From Octopus sinensis (taxonomy: Eukaryota): a DNA stretch of 64,000 nucleotides. The stretch spans positions 2,852,001-2,916,000 of the forward strand of contig NC_043015.1 of NCBI RefSeq assembly GCF_006345805.1. Reading direction: 5' to 3'. The position numbers were made by a program, and so were the translations under genes. The notes below the pieces were generated by a model. That model saw only the letters and a list, made by a program, of their open reading frames with translations, made no database searches and was not told where the DNA came from. Of the stretch, positions 1 to 13,249 are shown piece after piece; positions within the stretch are counted from its first letter, which is position 1; each line of letters opens with the position of its first letter.

Positions 1-29
1 AAAGGTCGACGTAACGATTTTACATGATG

Positions 30-538
30 AGTAATATATCGTAGAATATGTAAATGATGTATCTCTTGAGATTTTCAAATAGTGCAACGAAAAGTTTTTG
101 GTAGAAATTCCAATGAATACTTGAAGGGTGGTTGTCGCACAAAGATAATGATGGAGTTCAGGAAACGCATAAAACTACCAAGACGTTAAATGGAGCAAAA
201 GTCTAATTCACAACATAATTCGCTGGTGTGTATTTGGCAGTAATCGGATATAGTTGTTAAAAATGACTGTTGAAACCAAGATGTTCTAAGTCAAAGATTA
301 GGTAATCAAGTCTGATAGTAACAGATATTAACAACAAATTTATATACATATGTACATACATACATATCTGGATGAATAGCCAGCGTCACTTGCATAAGCA
401 TGAATATAAGTGTGTATTTGTGGTGTATGTATGCATCAATCTATTTATCTACATATATATATATATATAATATATATATACATATATATATATATACATA
501 TCTATATACATATACATATATATGAATATATATATACA

Positions 539-581
<43 letters not shown>

Positions 582-642
582 AAATATATATATATTTATA
601 TTCATACATTCGCACACATAGACACACACACATTTATATATA

Positions 643-680
<38 letters not shown>

Positions 681-1000
681 TTCATAGATATGCATATACA
701 TGCACATACATACAGGTAAAACACATATATTTACGGATGTACATACAGTAAAATATGCACAAGAAGAGGAAATATATTTTATTCATTTCTTTTAGTATAC
801 GGCATCCTGTATATTCTTTTTTCCTTTTGAATGGTCAAATATCCTTTGCAATAGATAAATTAACATTCTATATATCCATATATTTATAAAATTTATATAC
901 GCGTAGCAACAAGAATATGCCGGTGTATTTCTCTAGCTGTAATACGTATGTATTTAGTGTAGTGTATCTGAGAGTGGAATATGAAACATCTAAGAAAGCC
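30..1000 (+). pseudogene. Decayed cadherin repeats (Fat-like), split by a (TA)n tract
   Basis: Across frameshifts: YIVEYVNDVSLEIF (35-76; cf. VEDVNDxxPxF), VVA/KDNDG (A.D.D.G motif), LIVTDINN (312-335; cf. VTDINDN) and LNGQISFAIDK (~827-859). Confidence 0.6.
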
Positions 1001-1436
1001 ATGTTATAAATAAAATTAATTTCTTAGAAAACCAAAATCTCTAACATTTGCAACGCAGTGACATTTTTTCCTTCAGTATATGAAGAGATTTTGTTAATCT
1101 ATAACTTCAAAGGAATAACCATCCATAAGAAACTTTCTAAGAATATGGAAAATGATAATCATTGGCAAATAACTACGGTTCCTGTTGGTACTGGTGATGC
1201 TGCTGCTGCTACTACTGCTACTACAACTACGACTATGATTACTGCATATAATGATAATAATAATAATGATGATTATGATGATGATGATGATGAGGAAAAT
1301 AATTGAAGCAACAAGAATAATAGCAACCATAGCTTCGTAAACCTGTCCAACTATCAAAACACCCATACACACACACAAACAAACCCGCACATATTCAGTC
1401 GAACATAGACGCATATATACACATATATATATATAG

Positions 1437-1532
<96 letters not shown>

Positions 1533-1663
1533 TTGTAGTAACAAAAAGAGAAAATATGAAAAATGATACATCGAAATCCAAACTTATAAATATTTAAGTA
1601 GTTATCTGTCTATATACATCCATCAATCTATCTATCTATCCATATGTATAATATGTATATAGG

Positions 1664-1664
<1 letters not shown>

Positions 1665-1713
<49 letters not shown>

Positions 1714-1716
1714 AAT

Positions 1717-1782
<66 letters not shown>
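1665..1782. repeat. (GATA)n microsatellite
   Basis: Direct reading. Confidence 0.95.
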
Positions 1783-1783
<1 letters not shown>

Positions 1784-2208
1784 TAGTTGTGCGTGTGTGC
1801 GCGTGTGTATTGATTGTGAGTTTGTGACAGAGGGACAGTCAAAAATACAGAGATGGAGTGATAGGAGGGATGAGGGTGAGTAAGAGAAAGAGAGGGGTTT
1901 ATGAGTAGCTGTACATAAATACATATCTGTATACACAAATGAGCGAATACACAAATGATGGGAATACTTCCCTCTGAATAGAAATGCTGATATTCCAATC
2001 TAAGTCGACATCTCAGGATATACATAAACACACATATAATAACGCATGAGAAAAGATCGCGCTTGAGCTAACACACAATACACTTACACCTATGAAATCA
2101 TTGATTTACACATTACAATTACACACACACACACCAATAAAGGTATACATATACATATATAGATATGTAGATAGGCATCTGCGCATAGATACATACATAT
2201 ACATACAT

Positions 2209-2281
<73 letters not shown>

Positions 2282-2442
2282 TCCTGTTTCTGTCGGTGCA
2301 ATTTGTGATTACGTTGTACCACTTTGACGTAATTAGTTGAACGTAGAGAACCAAGTATGCTTTGAAACTTTTTGGCGATAAACAGGATTGGGTGCACACA
2401 CTCCAAGACATATTTTAAAGTGTGTGCAATTTACATATATGC

Positions 2443-2475
<33 letters not shown>

Positions 2476-2479
2476 ATAT

Positions 2480-2525
<46 letters not shown>

Positions 2526-2771
2526 ACAGATAGATAGAAATAGACATAATAGATAGATTGATTGATATACGGAGAGAGATACATGCCTATACGTGTGCAT
2601 ATAAAGATGCATATAGATAGAAATATATTTATGTATGTGTATGTATGTGTGAGCTTCTCTGTGTGTAAAACAGGATTTCCCGTGGACATAGATATGAGCA
2701 GTTTAATGTATAAAATTGTACGTCAGTTTGTTATATAAATATGACTGCCTTATATTCTTGCTATACATATA

Positions 2772-2992
2772 CAGTAGTCCTTCGCCTTATCGCAGTTCAC
2801 ACATCACGGTTTATTCTGTAAGCTTACGTTGATTTCTCCATGGTGTTGTTTTGCATTCATAATAAAATTAATGTATACGAATTATAAAAATATTAAAAAT
2901 ATATACAGTACACCAATATTTTTGCTTCACGGATTTTCACCTATCGTGGTGTGTTTAGGAACGCAACACCCGCGATAGTCGAGTGATTACTG
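2772..2992. mobile_element. Tigger/pogo-like MITE
   Basis: Imperfect TIRs: ta|CAGTAGTCCTTCGCCTTATCGC at left and GCGATAGTCGAGTGATTACTG at right. About 220 bp, no ORF. Confidence 0.65.
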
Positions 2993-3085
2993 TGTATGTG
3001 TACAATGTTAGCTAAGGATAAAGAATATCTACTTCAAAATATTATTCAAATTACTTACACGTAATGAACAGATACTCGAAACTTA

Positions 3086-4328
3086 CGGGGTACGTTCAAT
3101 AAGTAATGCCCCTGACCAACTTGCAATAGGTTGATCTAGCTGGAACTTTGCATGTTCAATTATATATATCTCTATAGATTAAGTGGCAAATTTACAGGTG
3201 TTTAAACTAAGTCAATTGTGATATGGAGCCCGTTGAGTGTCGAGCAATGATCCTGTTTTTGCATTTGAAAGGACGCACACCACGGGAGACTTTTGATGAA
3301 ATGAAAGTAACTTATGGTGATGATGCTCCATCATATGACCTTGTAAAACGCTAGCATCGTGAATTCAAACATGGTCGGAACTCTGTGGAAATAGCTCCCA
3401 GATCTGGTCGCCCCCTTTCTGCCATTGATGAGGCATCTGTCCGTCAATTTGAGGCTGCCATTTTTTAAGAAAGATGCATAACTATTCGCCAAATAGCCCA
3501 TGAGGTCAAGATTAATATCGGGTCTGTGGAAACTATCATTCATGACCATTTGCGTATGCAAAAGGTGTCTGCCAGATGGATTCCCATGTTGCTCACACAT
3601 TTCCAGAAGCAAGAACGCGTCGAGTGCTCGAGGATGAATTTGGAGATGTGCCAAGAAGATGAGACAACATTTTTCGAAAGACTGATTTCACAGGATGAAA
3701 CCTGGGTCCATCACTATGATCCAGAGACCAAAGCCTAGTCAATGCAGTGGAAGCACCGTGACTCACCACCTCCAAAGAAGGCAAGGGTGCAGCTCTCCGC
3801 TAGTAAGGTCATGCTCACAGTCTTCTGGGACCAGGACGGTGTAATGATGACATATTTCCTGGCAAAGGGTAACACAATTACATGAGCCTATTATGCTTCA
3901 CTTTTGAGGAAATTAAGAGAAGCCAGCAAATTCAAGAGGCGTGGCAAGATCAGCAAAGGCATCCTCCTCTTTCAGGACAACGCTCCGGTCCACAACTCAC
4001 GTGGTGCCAGATCAGAAGCACAAGCGTGCGGCTATTAACTCCTCCCCCATCCCCTTACTTTCCTGACCTTGCACCCTCTGATCTTCACCTCTTCCTCGCC
4101 ATGAAGTTGTTTTTGAAAGGAAAGCGTTTCCCATATGAAATCACGTCGTGGTTGGAGGACCAAGCTGGGGTCTTCTACAAACACTGTCTCCAGAGCTGCA
4201 TCAAATGATGGGAGAAATACATAACTCTGGGTGTTTCCAATGTAAAAAAGAATAATAACTGTGCAAAGTTTCGTGGCTCTACTGCTATGGGAAGTGGGTC
4301 ACGGGTATTACTTATTGAACGCCCCTCG
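3086..4328 (+). mobile_element. Near full-length mariner (DD34D-type) transposon
   Basis: TA target duplication at 3084-85 and 4329-30. TIRs CGGGGTACGTTCAATAAGTAATGCCCCTGACC and GGTCACGGGTATTACTTATTGAACGCCCCTCG. Length about 1.24 kb. Confidence 0.95.
3223..4250 (+). pseudogene. Mariner transposase pseudogene
   Basis: ATG at 3223 (MEPVECRAMILFL...). Motifs RSGRP, ARWIPMLL, SQDETW, QDNAPVH and YFPDLAPSDLHLF. Several in-frame stops and a frameshift. Confidence 0.93.
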
Positions 4329-5099
4329 TAATTGACATGAAAGAAACAATTTTTTTCACATATGCCTGTGTGTATATACTTGTGTTTTGTTGTGGACGTA
4401 TCTAGTAATGTTTCTTGAGATAAATATACATGAATACACATACAGACGCACATTAAATTATACATACACAAATTGAGACTTTGTTAGAATGTTCAGCATG
4501 CTAACATTTACCAGACATTACTTTCTCCTGTGTATTTTTGGCTTTCTAGAATTTTTTTATGAATTGAACATAATCTTGTCAAAATTTTCTTGTGAGAATA
4601 TATACCTTTCCAGACTGTTTTTTCTACGGTCAGACGAGCTTTGAAAGTCATGCAAATTACAGATATACAAACCATGCATGTAGAAAGACACCAAGGCATA
4701 AACCGCATATTACAGTGTTTACAATTCACGCAACAGTATATGTTAAAACACTCTAGTGAAAGAACATAAAAAATTATGTCTGGTAATAAATTGGAGAATG
4801 TAAACATTTGAAAAAAAATGTATTGGTAAAGTAGAACAAAATAACTCGAATGCAAAACGATACTATTTATAAAATGGATAGGTACGCTAGAAAGGCAAAA
4901 TATTTCAGTTTTGTTTTATGTTAATGTATGCAATAGTTATGAATAATATTACATATAAAATATTTCTTTTTACACTCATGAATATCATAACACATTGCAG
5001 TCGACTTTGTCGTATTATGTGGAATAACAAGCGTAATGTATGTGTAATATTCATTTGGACTCTCATATTTTCAAGATCCTGGGCATTACCATTCATGAA

Positions 5100-6060
5100 A
5101 AAGAAATGAAATGGAGATAAAATAATATTTAAATGAAATTTATTGTTATCATGCGATACCTCCAGGCATTTATATTATGTTCGGTTGTGCAGCATGCTGC
5201 TAAATGAAGGCAATAAATTAATCGCGTGCTCTATGAAAGAATAATCAATACCGAAAAGCGACTGTCTGGAAGTAATAATGGCAATGTTCAATATGACGTA
5301 ATTGTTCTAAGATCTAATTAATAAACGATGTGTCATTAAAAAAAAAAGACATAGAATGTGAGTCTAAGCGCATGACTAAAAGAGAATGACAAATGCAGAA
5401 GGAGAGAATGAATGGCTGGTGGAAAATTATGTCGGGCATATACGCAGAACAAAATTATAGTGGGGGTTTATAGGAAGAAAATATGGATTCCAAATAATTA
5501 TGTTTCTGAACACGTGACGTTGATTAGAAATTAATTATTTAGGTGACACAAATTAGATATTGGACGAGAAAAGACAAAATAAAGAGACGTGCATGTTTGA
5601 AGAAAACTAATTAGGGGTAAAAAAAATTGAGACGTGTAAAGGAAATCGAGAAGAATAAAGATGTTGAAATGATGAAAATGAGAGATCTTAAATGTGATTA
5701 CTGATACAACAATCACCAATTAATATTTCAACATAATTGAATATCTGCTATGAATATCAATCATTGCAACATATTCCATAATATATTTAATAATACAAAA
5801 CCATACGGATGGAGCAAAATAACAACAATGATCCAATCATTTTACGGTATTTATCGTATTCTACAACATCATGCGTTTAATCCTAGAAATGAGTATCGAA
5901 GTTTCATTTTGTTTGTTTTTGATAACGAACATAACTCATGTTTTCCCCTTTATCTCCAGCTGTATCTGCTCATTGTGTCTATGTAGAGAGATATTTCTTC
6001 TAGAAAAACTCCTACGGCAAATATTGTATTTCATGTTGCAATGTGCAAGAACGCGTGAAA
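5100..6060 (+). pseudogene. Decayed Fat-like cadherin, last EC repeat and post-EC linker
   Basis: NEGNKLIAC (from 5203; cf. FAT1 TGGKLIAH) and SFYGIYRILQH/MRLILEM (~5836-5890; cf. FAT1 EFVGDYWRNFQRALRNILGV, recalled). Interrupted by a probable LINE remnant at ~5350-5720. Confidence 0.4.
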
Positions 6061-6189
6061 TTGAAGTCTATACATAACTTTTTCAGCTACTCTCCTTTTC
6101 TCTTTGTTTTTAAGTAATGGTATTTACTTCATGAAAGGTGCTTGACCTATAGGTAGGTTATTGCCTGATGTTCCCTAGATCTATGAATA

Positions 6190-6256
<67 letters not shown>

Positions 6257-6259
<3 letters not shown>

Positions 6260-6440
6260 TAAAAAACAGTAAGATAACAACAGAAAGAAAGAACCCTCAA
6301 TATTACGTAAATAGAGGAAATTTATCGTAAAATAATATGTGACAATTATTCAATAGCCAATATAAAACTCTGAGTTTCAGATGCCGAAGTGGGAATCCAC
6401 AACACCATCACTTCGGTTTTCTGGCCATCTGAAAATCACC
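6257..6440 (-). mobile_element. Penelope-like terminal repeat remnant with degenerate hammerhead-like fold
   Basis: Follows (TA)n. The - strand reads CCGAAGT-long stem-GAAACTCAGAGTT, a mutated hammerhead core. Confidence 0.4.
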
Positions 6441-6446
6441 CATATA

Positions 6447-6583
6447 GTTTCCATATGTTCGTATGTGAGTGTGAGTTCACGTGTATACGCATGCACATTT
6501 TATAGTGTTCTACTTTATAGAAAATGGAATACATATTAGAAATATTATATGCAGATTGGTACACTTATTTTATCTTCTATATT

Positions 6584-6615
<32 letters not shown>

Positions 6616-6960
6616 TATATCTATAATATATATATATATGTATATATATACATATATATATGTATATATGTATATGTGTATGTATGTATGTGTGGGTGGG
6701 TGCGTGTGTATGTATGTATATGTGTATATATGTGTCTTATATATTAAAGTATCAAAGCTAAGCCCGACATAATTTGACAAGGCAGAATCATGCAAGCCAT
6801 TCGTTAAGGAATTCATTAGAAGGGCCCCGAAGTCATTCCATATCTTAGCTAAAACTTGGAGCGCTGGTAATCCGCTACAGCATTCACTCAGCGTACTTAT
6901 ACGTTAGATTACCTGTGAACTAAACCACCATGTTTAGGTGTCTAAATATATATGTATGTT

Positions 6961-7006
<46 letters not shown>

Positions 7007-7016
7007 AATACAATAT

Positions 7017-7047
<31 letters not shown>

Positions 7048-7085
7048 AATGTATATATATAAATATATTATATATATATAATATA

Positions 7086-7133
<48 letters not shown>

Positions 7134-7396
7134 CATATATACATATATACATGTATGCATGTATATAACTATATATACACAACAGCCAGTGAATATATAA
7201 ATATATATGTGTATGAATGTGTACTTGTATAGCTACATATTGTTGTGTGTCATCGTATGGTTTCCATACGTTCCTATGTGAGCGTGAGTTCGCGTGTATG
7301 CGTATGTACATTTTATAGTGTTTCTACTTTATAGAAAATGGAATGCATATTAGAATTATTATATGCAGATTGGTACAATTACTTTCATCTTCTATA
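6447..7396 (+). repeat. ~135-bp direct duplication (6447-6581 and 7260-7396)
   Basis: GTTTCCATAyGTTCsTATGTGAG...GCAGATTGGTACA...TCTTCTATA occurs twice with scattered substitutions. Confidence 0.9.
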
Positions 7397-7692
7397 GTTT
7401 ATTTGCATAACGTATATAATATGAGACTCATTAGTATAAATAAGTTGTAAACAGAAATAAGTATACACTAGAGTAATATCATAATCGATAAACGATAATG
7501 ATGGCAAATAAAAAATATGATGTCTATAATTCTAATGAATTCATTGATGTTGAATATTTCCATGAATTGAGTAAATATCAATTGATGTGCGCAGACATTT
7601 CGCTTTTCCAGTTTTAGCGTTGCCTATGGTTCAATATTCAGTCATATCTTGAACAGAGATGTCTTCTGTTTGATTACACGTGAAATATAACG

Positions 7693-7911
7693 TTTTTACT
7701 CTTTTACTTGTTTCATTCATTTTAGTGTGGCAATGCTGGAGCACCACCTCTAGTCGAGAAGCAAATCGACCCCCAGGACTTATTCTTTGTAATCCTAGTA
7801 CTTATTTTATCCGTCTCTTTTGGTGAACCACTAAGCTATGGGGACGTAAACACACCATCATCGGTTGACAAGCGAGGTTTAGGGGGCAAGCACAGACACA
7901 TATACACACAC

Positions 7912-7948
<37 letters not shown>

Positions 7949-7979
7949 GTTGTTAAACATGCTGTAACATATATATGTG

Positions 7980-8025
<46 letters not shown>

Positions 8026-8067
8026 AATATATAATATATTATATATATATATATAATATACATATAG

Positions 8068-8106
<39 letters not shown>

Positions 8107-8308
8107 ATAATAGATATATATACATATATATCACATATACATATACACGACGGGTTTCTTTCAGTTTCCGTCTACCAATTCCACTCACAAGGCTTTAGTC
8201 CAATGCTATAATAGAAGACACTGCCCAATGTGCCACGCAGTGGGACTGATCCCGGAGCCATGTGGTTCACAAGCAAGCTACTTACCGCACTGCCACTCTT
8301 ACGTCTAT
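7693..8308 (-). mobile_element. tRNA-derived SINE with internal (TA)n/(CA)n microsatellite
   Basis: tRNA-like head at the 8308 end (GTGGCAGTGCGGTAAGTAGCTTGC...GGATCAGTCCC on the - strand) and GAAACAAGTAAAAGAGTAAAA tail at 7693. Same family as copies at 19.9k, 33k, 49k and 56k. Confidence 0.85.
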
Positions 8309-8439
8309 GTTGATATTGTGTTATTAAATTCATTGGAAACTATTTGTAGTTCAAGTAAAATATATTATTACAATTGCATGAACTGGTTATAGCAAATTCT
8401 TGACATTATACGCAGCCTTTCCTATTTTCCTCTTCTCAT

Positions 8440-9270
8440 AGACATTTTGGTTCGACAATAGATAGCGAGAACTTTAATCTCCCTGAGTAGCGGAGCAATC
8501 GACGTATTAGAACCTGATTAGGTCAAAAGCTCCGAATTAGCTATAGCGCAAAATTCGCCGTGTTTGCTGGTCGGAAATATACAGTTGTTCTTTTGCCTAG
8601 AATGCAACCAGTAACTGGGTCAGCAATCACTAAATTTCTTCTGCAATGTATTCGCCTCGCCGGTCATGTATAGAGTTTAGTACAGTAAGATGCATATAAC
8701 CAATCCATGTTTCTATGTGTGCATAAATACATACACACATATGGGAGTAGTGTATTCATTCATGCATAGATACGTGCACATATATATAAATATATACGAG
8801 ATGAACGCATTTGTCTACGTACAGTTTACAGGCTATACGTATTATGAGGTACATTCGTATTTATAAAGATGTTCTTTATATCGAACTTAGGTGTTCCTTC
8901 TGTCAAACTTAGGTAAGTGTTGCTTGTATCGAACTTAGTAGGTATTCCTTGCATTTCATTTGGAAAATTCTGTGTACCAACATCGCAAGAACAGAGTACA
9001 CATAACAAATCACAATCAACCATAGCGATCAGTAATTCATGTTGTTACCTACTAGGGCCATTGTAAGTAAGTGAAGTTTGCTGTTTAAAGGCAGAGCACA
9101 AGGCCATTTTTGCTGTCACTCCGTGAGACCATTTTTGGCAACGGAGAGTTAGGAATTTGAGAGTGCAAAGGAAAGTACCTATGCGTTCACGTCAAGAGAA
9201 CAAAGATGAAAAACAAATTTGACACAAATTATGTGAGAGAATGCGAACGGTGTTAGTGTAAACGAGAAAA
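8440..9270 (+). pseudogene. Decayed cadherin repeats
   Basis: ISLSSGAIDVLEPD, ISNLGVPS (cf. SDLG.PS), AIFAVTP and LATES*EFESAKESTYAFT (9135-9191; cf. SLDFE....Y.FT). Confidence 0.55.
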
Positions 9271-9514
9271 GGGGATATAAGTAGTGGTCGTCATATTGTT
9301 ATTTGTAGCAGTAGAAAACCCTAGTATAGGTAGTAGAAAGAATATTGTGAAACATAATCTAGCTGAGAAAGTAAAACATTTAATGTTAAAACGTTTTCAA
9401 TAATTAAATAATTTAGTAAATGAAAGAAAATACATGTTTAAAAATGACAGTACTGTTAAAATGTGCTGTAAAAAGCGAGGAACATATTGTGCATGGGATA
9501 TTCTATGACTGTGA

Positions 9515-9740
9515 CCAAATTTATAGGTCATGAGCTGATCTTTACAGCCGTATAAGCCCTTGCAGCATCCCTTCTGCTCTTCTGGAAACAGATGCTTGTT
9601 CAATTTCTGCGATATCATTGCAGTAAAGGTTTTTTGTAAATTGTAGGGAGACAGGTTATAGATTTGTAGATTTGTGGGCTTGCCGTTTCACTGGATTTGG
9701 TAATTAGGATAGTTTTCCCTTTCGTGAGCTATTCACGCAT
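9515..9740 (-). mobile_element. R4/Dong-like non-LTR retrotransposon RT fragment
   Basis: The - strand reads KGKTILITKSSETASPQIYKSITCLPTIYK and LFPEEQKGCCKGLYGCKDQL. A SINE tail follows at 9746-9815. Confidence 0.8.
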
Positions 9741-10539
9741 TTCGGGGCTCCAGCATGGCAGCAGTCATATGACTGAAACAAATAAATGAATAAAATAAAG
9801 AATAAAGAATAAGAACCATATAAATCAAATTATATTAATGTAATCTATTTTGGTCCCTTATAAATTCAAATACCAGACAATGTGACAGATGCTTTAATGA
9901 GAATAGAAGAAGCAAGTATTATTTAGTATTAAAATTTTCAATGTCATATTTTTACAAGCGATTTTCCTGTCGATTGGGCAAGAAAAATATTTGGTTTACA
10001 TCATAGTAAGAACATGTTAATGCTAAAGATATAGAAATATCTACTATAAACTGACAAATTGATGTTTATGTTTATAGACTTGCATACATGCAAACATATT
10101 TATACAATCCGCATGCACACTCACGGATATATATAATTCTATATATATATAAAGAGAGAGATAAATACGTTACATAGATAGGTATATAAGGATATATATA
10201 TATATATTCATTTATATACATATGTGTGTGTATGTGTGTCTATGTATATATGCATATGCATATATTCATACTGATAGGCATATAAGAAAACGCCACAGGA
10301 AAATCAAACATGCGTGGCTGTGAAATATATAAGCTTATATATAGTTCAGTAGTTGAACGTAAATGACATATCATAATAAATGGCTGTTACCTCTAATCGC
10401 TTCTATTTGTCATATTGTAATTATCTTTTAAAAATGTGAAATTAGATTTTTACTACCAAAGGAAACAATGAAAGCAACTTATATATGAACGCAACACTAC
10501 TTTAGTATGCATATGTGCATTTATGTCGTATTCTGTCTG

Positions 10540-10726
10540 CATAAGCTAACACATTCCCACACTAAGAGCATAATAATATATAATTTTGAGAGACAGAGGA
10601 AAAGCAGTTTGTGTAAAAGTGAGGCAGTGTGACTAATTGTAAAAGATATATAGCTGGAAGATTATCCGTATTAAATGATTACAGTATGGTACGTATCTCT
10701 GCTTAAGCAGTTTTGTTTTTATTATA

Positions 10727-10778
<52 letters not shown>

Positions 10779-11330
10779 TTATAACTTTATGCTATATGAT
10801 GGCCTCCGTGTAAATGTGCGAATTTATTTACTATTTTCATTAATAGAGCTATGAAGTTTGAAATATATTAATGTCAGCACATTAATTTTTGTTTCTTTTA
10901 TATTGTAAATTGTAACTACTTGTACGTGCGCGCAACGATAACACAGAAACAATTTATATATGTTCAAGTAGTGACCTATGTTTATACATTATTTTCTACA
11001 AATATATACAGTAAATTAGAAATTAACTTTTCTAAGCTTCAATAGAGGTAGTGTTCAAGATGTTGCCTTCAGAAAAAAAGGAAAAATTTATTTCATATTT
11101 ATACCAAATTCAATGTACTTTCAGATCGTACAACTCCATTTCAATTTCCCTTATACTCTATATTTTCATGTTTTTCAGGGTTTTCTAAAACTCTCATATT
11201 TCTCTAATACACTCATTTTTCAGAAGCAAGTACCAATTCTCAAACTCATGCTGAGATGATAACTAAATTTACAGTTAAAGTCCTGACCATCTAATGAATT
11301 CACATTTGTGTTGTCGACGCAGGATATATT
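10540..11330 (+). pseudogene. Decayed cadherin repeats
   Basis: RDRGK followed by SEAV*LIVKDI; VQDVAFRKKGKIYF; IHICVVDAG (~11298-11325). Confidence 0.45.
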
Positions 11331-11939
11331 CAAGATAGTAGTCTTACTTAATGCAGCTGCATGACGGATAAAGAAAATAATGTGATACTGATGTTTATGT
11401 CGAAGAGATAGAGAAAGGAAAGTTCAATGAGAGATGGATTATGAGATAGGAGTCTGAAACACGTGGTGTCGTTATGTGTAGGAGAGAAATAAGGTGGTCT
11501 ATAATAGAGTGAGAGAAAGAAAGACAAAACATTTTCGTAGATTACTCTAAAATAGTGTATTTTACGTAGGTGCAAAAAAATCGAAATATATGAATCTCGT
11601 TACGTCCAAAGAGAGCGGAAGAGAGAAAGAATGTTTAAGGAGGGAATGTATGGGAGTCTAAAGAGTGTAAAACTTGCCGGACGTCCAGAAAGAACTAGAA
11701 AGGAAATATTTAATAGTGTGCAACGAAAGAGGGAATATTTAACGAGAGAATGTTAAAGAGTTGAAATAATGTGCAACTTCACGGACGTCCAGAAAGCGAG
11801 AGAGGATTTTCTTACATCTAGCCCAGACCTGCGCAAAACTGGAAAGGAGACTGGAGAAGACATGAAATGTAAAAGCCAGATTGCATAAGTTTATGCGCAA
11901 CTCCATTGTCTGCCGAGATAGAAGGATGCCAACAACAAT

Positions 11940-11955
11940 TATCTATCTATCTATA

Positions 11956-12051
<96 letters not shown>

Positions 12052-12056
12052 ATCTA

Positions 12057-12107
<51 letters not shown>

Positions 12108-12120
12108 GTATGTCTTTCTA

Positions 12121-12159
<39 letters not shown>

Positions 12160-12186
12160 AGCTAGCTATCTATCTATATATCTATA

Positions 12187-12219
<33 letters not shown>

Positions 12220-12230
12220 GTCTGTCTATT

Positions 12231-12284
<54 letters not shown>

Positions 12285-12400
12285 TTATCTATCTATCTAT
12301 GTATTTATCTATCTATCTATCTATCTATCTATATATCTATCTATCTATCTATCTATCTATATATCTATGTATTTATCTATCTATCTATCTCTCTATCTCT
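11940..12400. repeat. (TATC)n microsatellite
   Basis: Direct reading. Confidence 0.95.
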
Positions 12401-12413
12401 CTCTCTCTCTCTC

Positions 12414-12452
<39 letters not shown>

Positions 12453-12540
12453 AATATATACATAATATATATAGATAGATAGATATATATAGATATAGAT
12501 ATGTATGTATGCACACATACACGCGTGCACACGCTCACAC

Positions 12541-12573
<33 letters not shown>

Positions 12574-12585
12574 TATTATATATAC

Positions 12586-12683
<98 letters not shown>

Positions 12684-12687
12684 ATAC

Positions 12688-12718
<31 letters not shown>

Positions 12719-12721
12719 ACT

Positions 12722-13180
12722 TACATCGCATTCGGTTCGAATTTCCTGTTGACCCAATATTTTTTTCGAGCGAGCATCAGATTTCGTTAATGACGTTTTA
12801 GGTAACGTCAGTGATGTTAGATTTGATTTTAAATATTTTCCTTTTCTGAAACGGAACTCCGTTCCTTCCAACAGATCGGGATATGTTCTGAAATTAGGGT
12901 GACCACACTTTGCGTCCGTTGTTTCTAGAGAACAGTTTGGCAGAGGTGAGAATCTTCTTCAATGTCTAAGGGTGTTTGCTGCTGTAAATGCCTTTATGGT
13001 TACGAATAATTATTCTATGGAGTATTGAAGAATTTTGAACGATGATTTTGAATATCTCTTTGTCTGTGTGGTTGTTTACGGTGATATAAAGTAGTGCGTT
13101 GAGGTTAAATATGATGCTGTGTTTGGCTATTTTTAATGATTTAATATTATTCGTTTTTGCACGTTTCTTTCTTTTATTTA
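12722..13180 (-). mobile_element. Penelope-like element fragment (linker to start of GIY-YIG)
   Basis: The - strand gives DLLEGTEFRFRKGK...NIGSTGNS. It is homologous to the + strand copy at 13430-13690. Confidence 0.75.
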
Positions 13181-13249
13181 TGCAAGCAGAAATGTTTTAC
13201 AAGACCACGGAAGCCAGGCAATATCTATTATCTATCTCCTTCAAACCTG

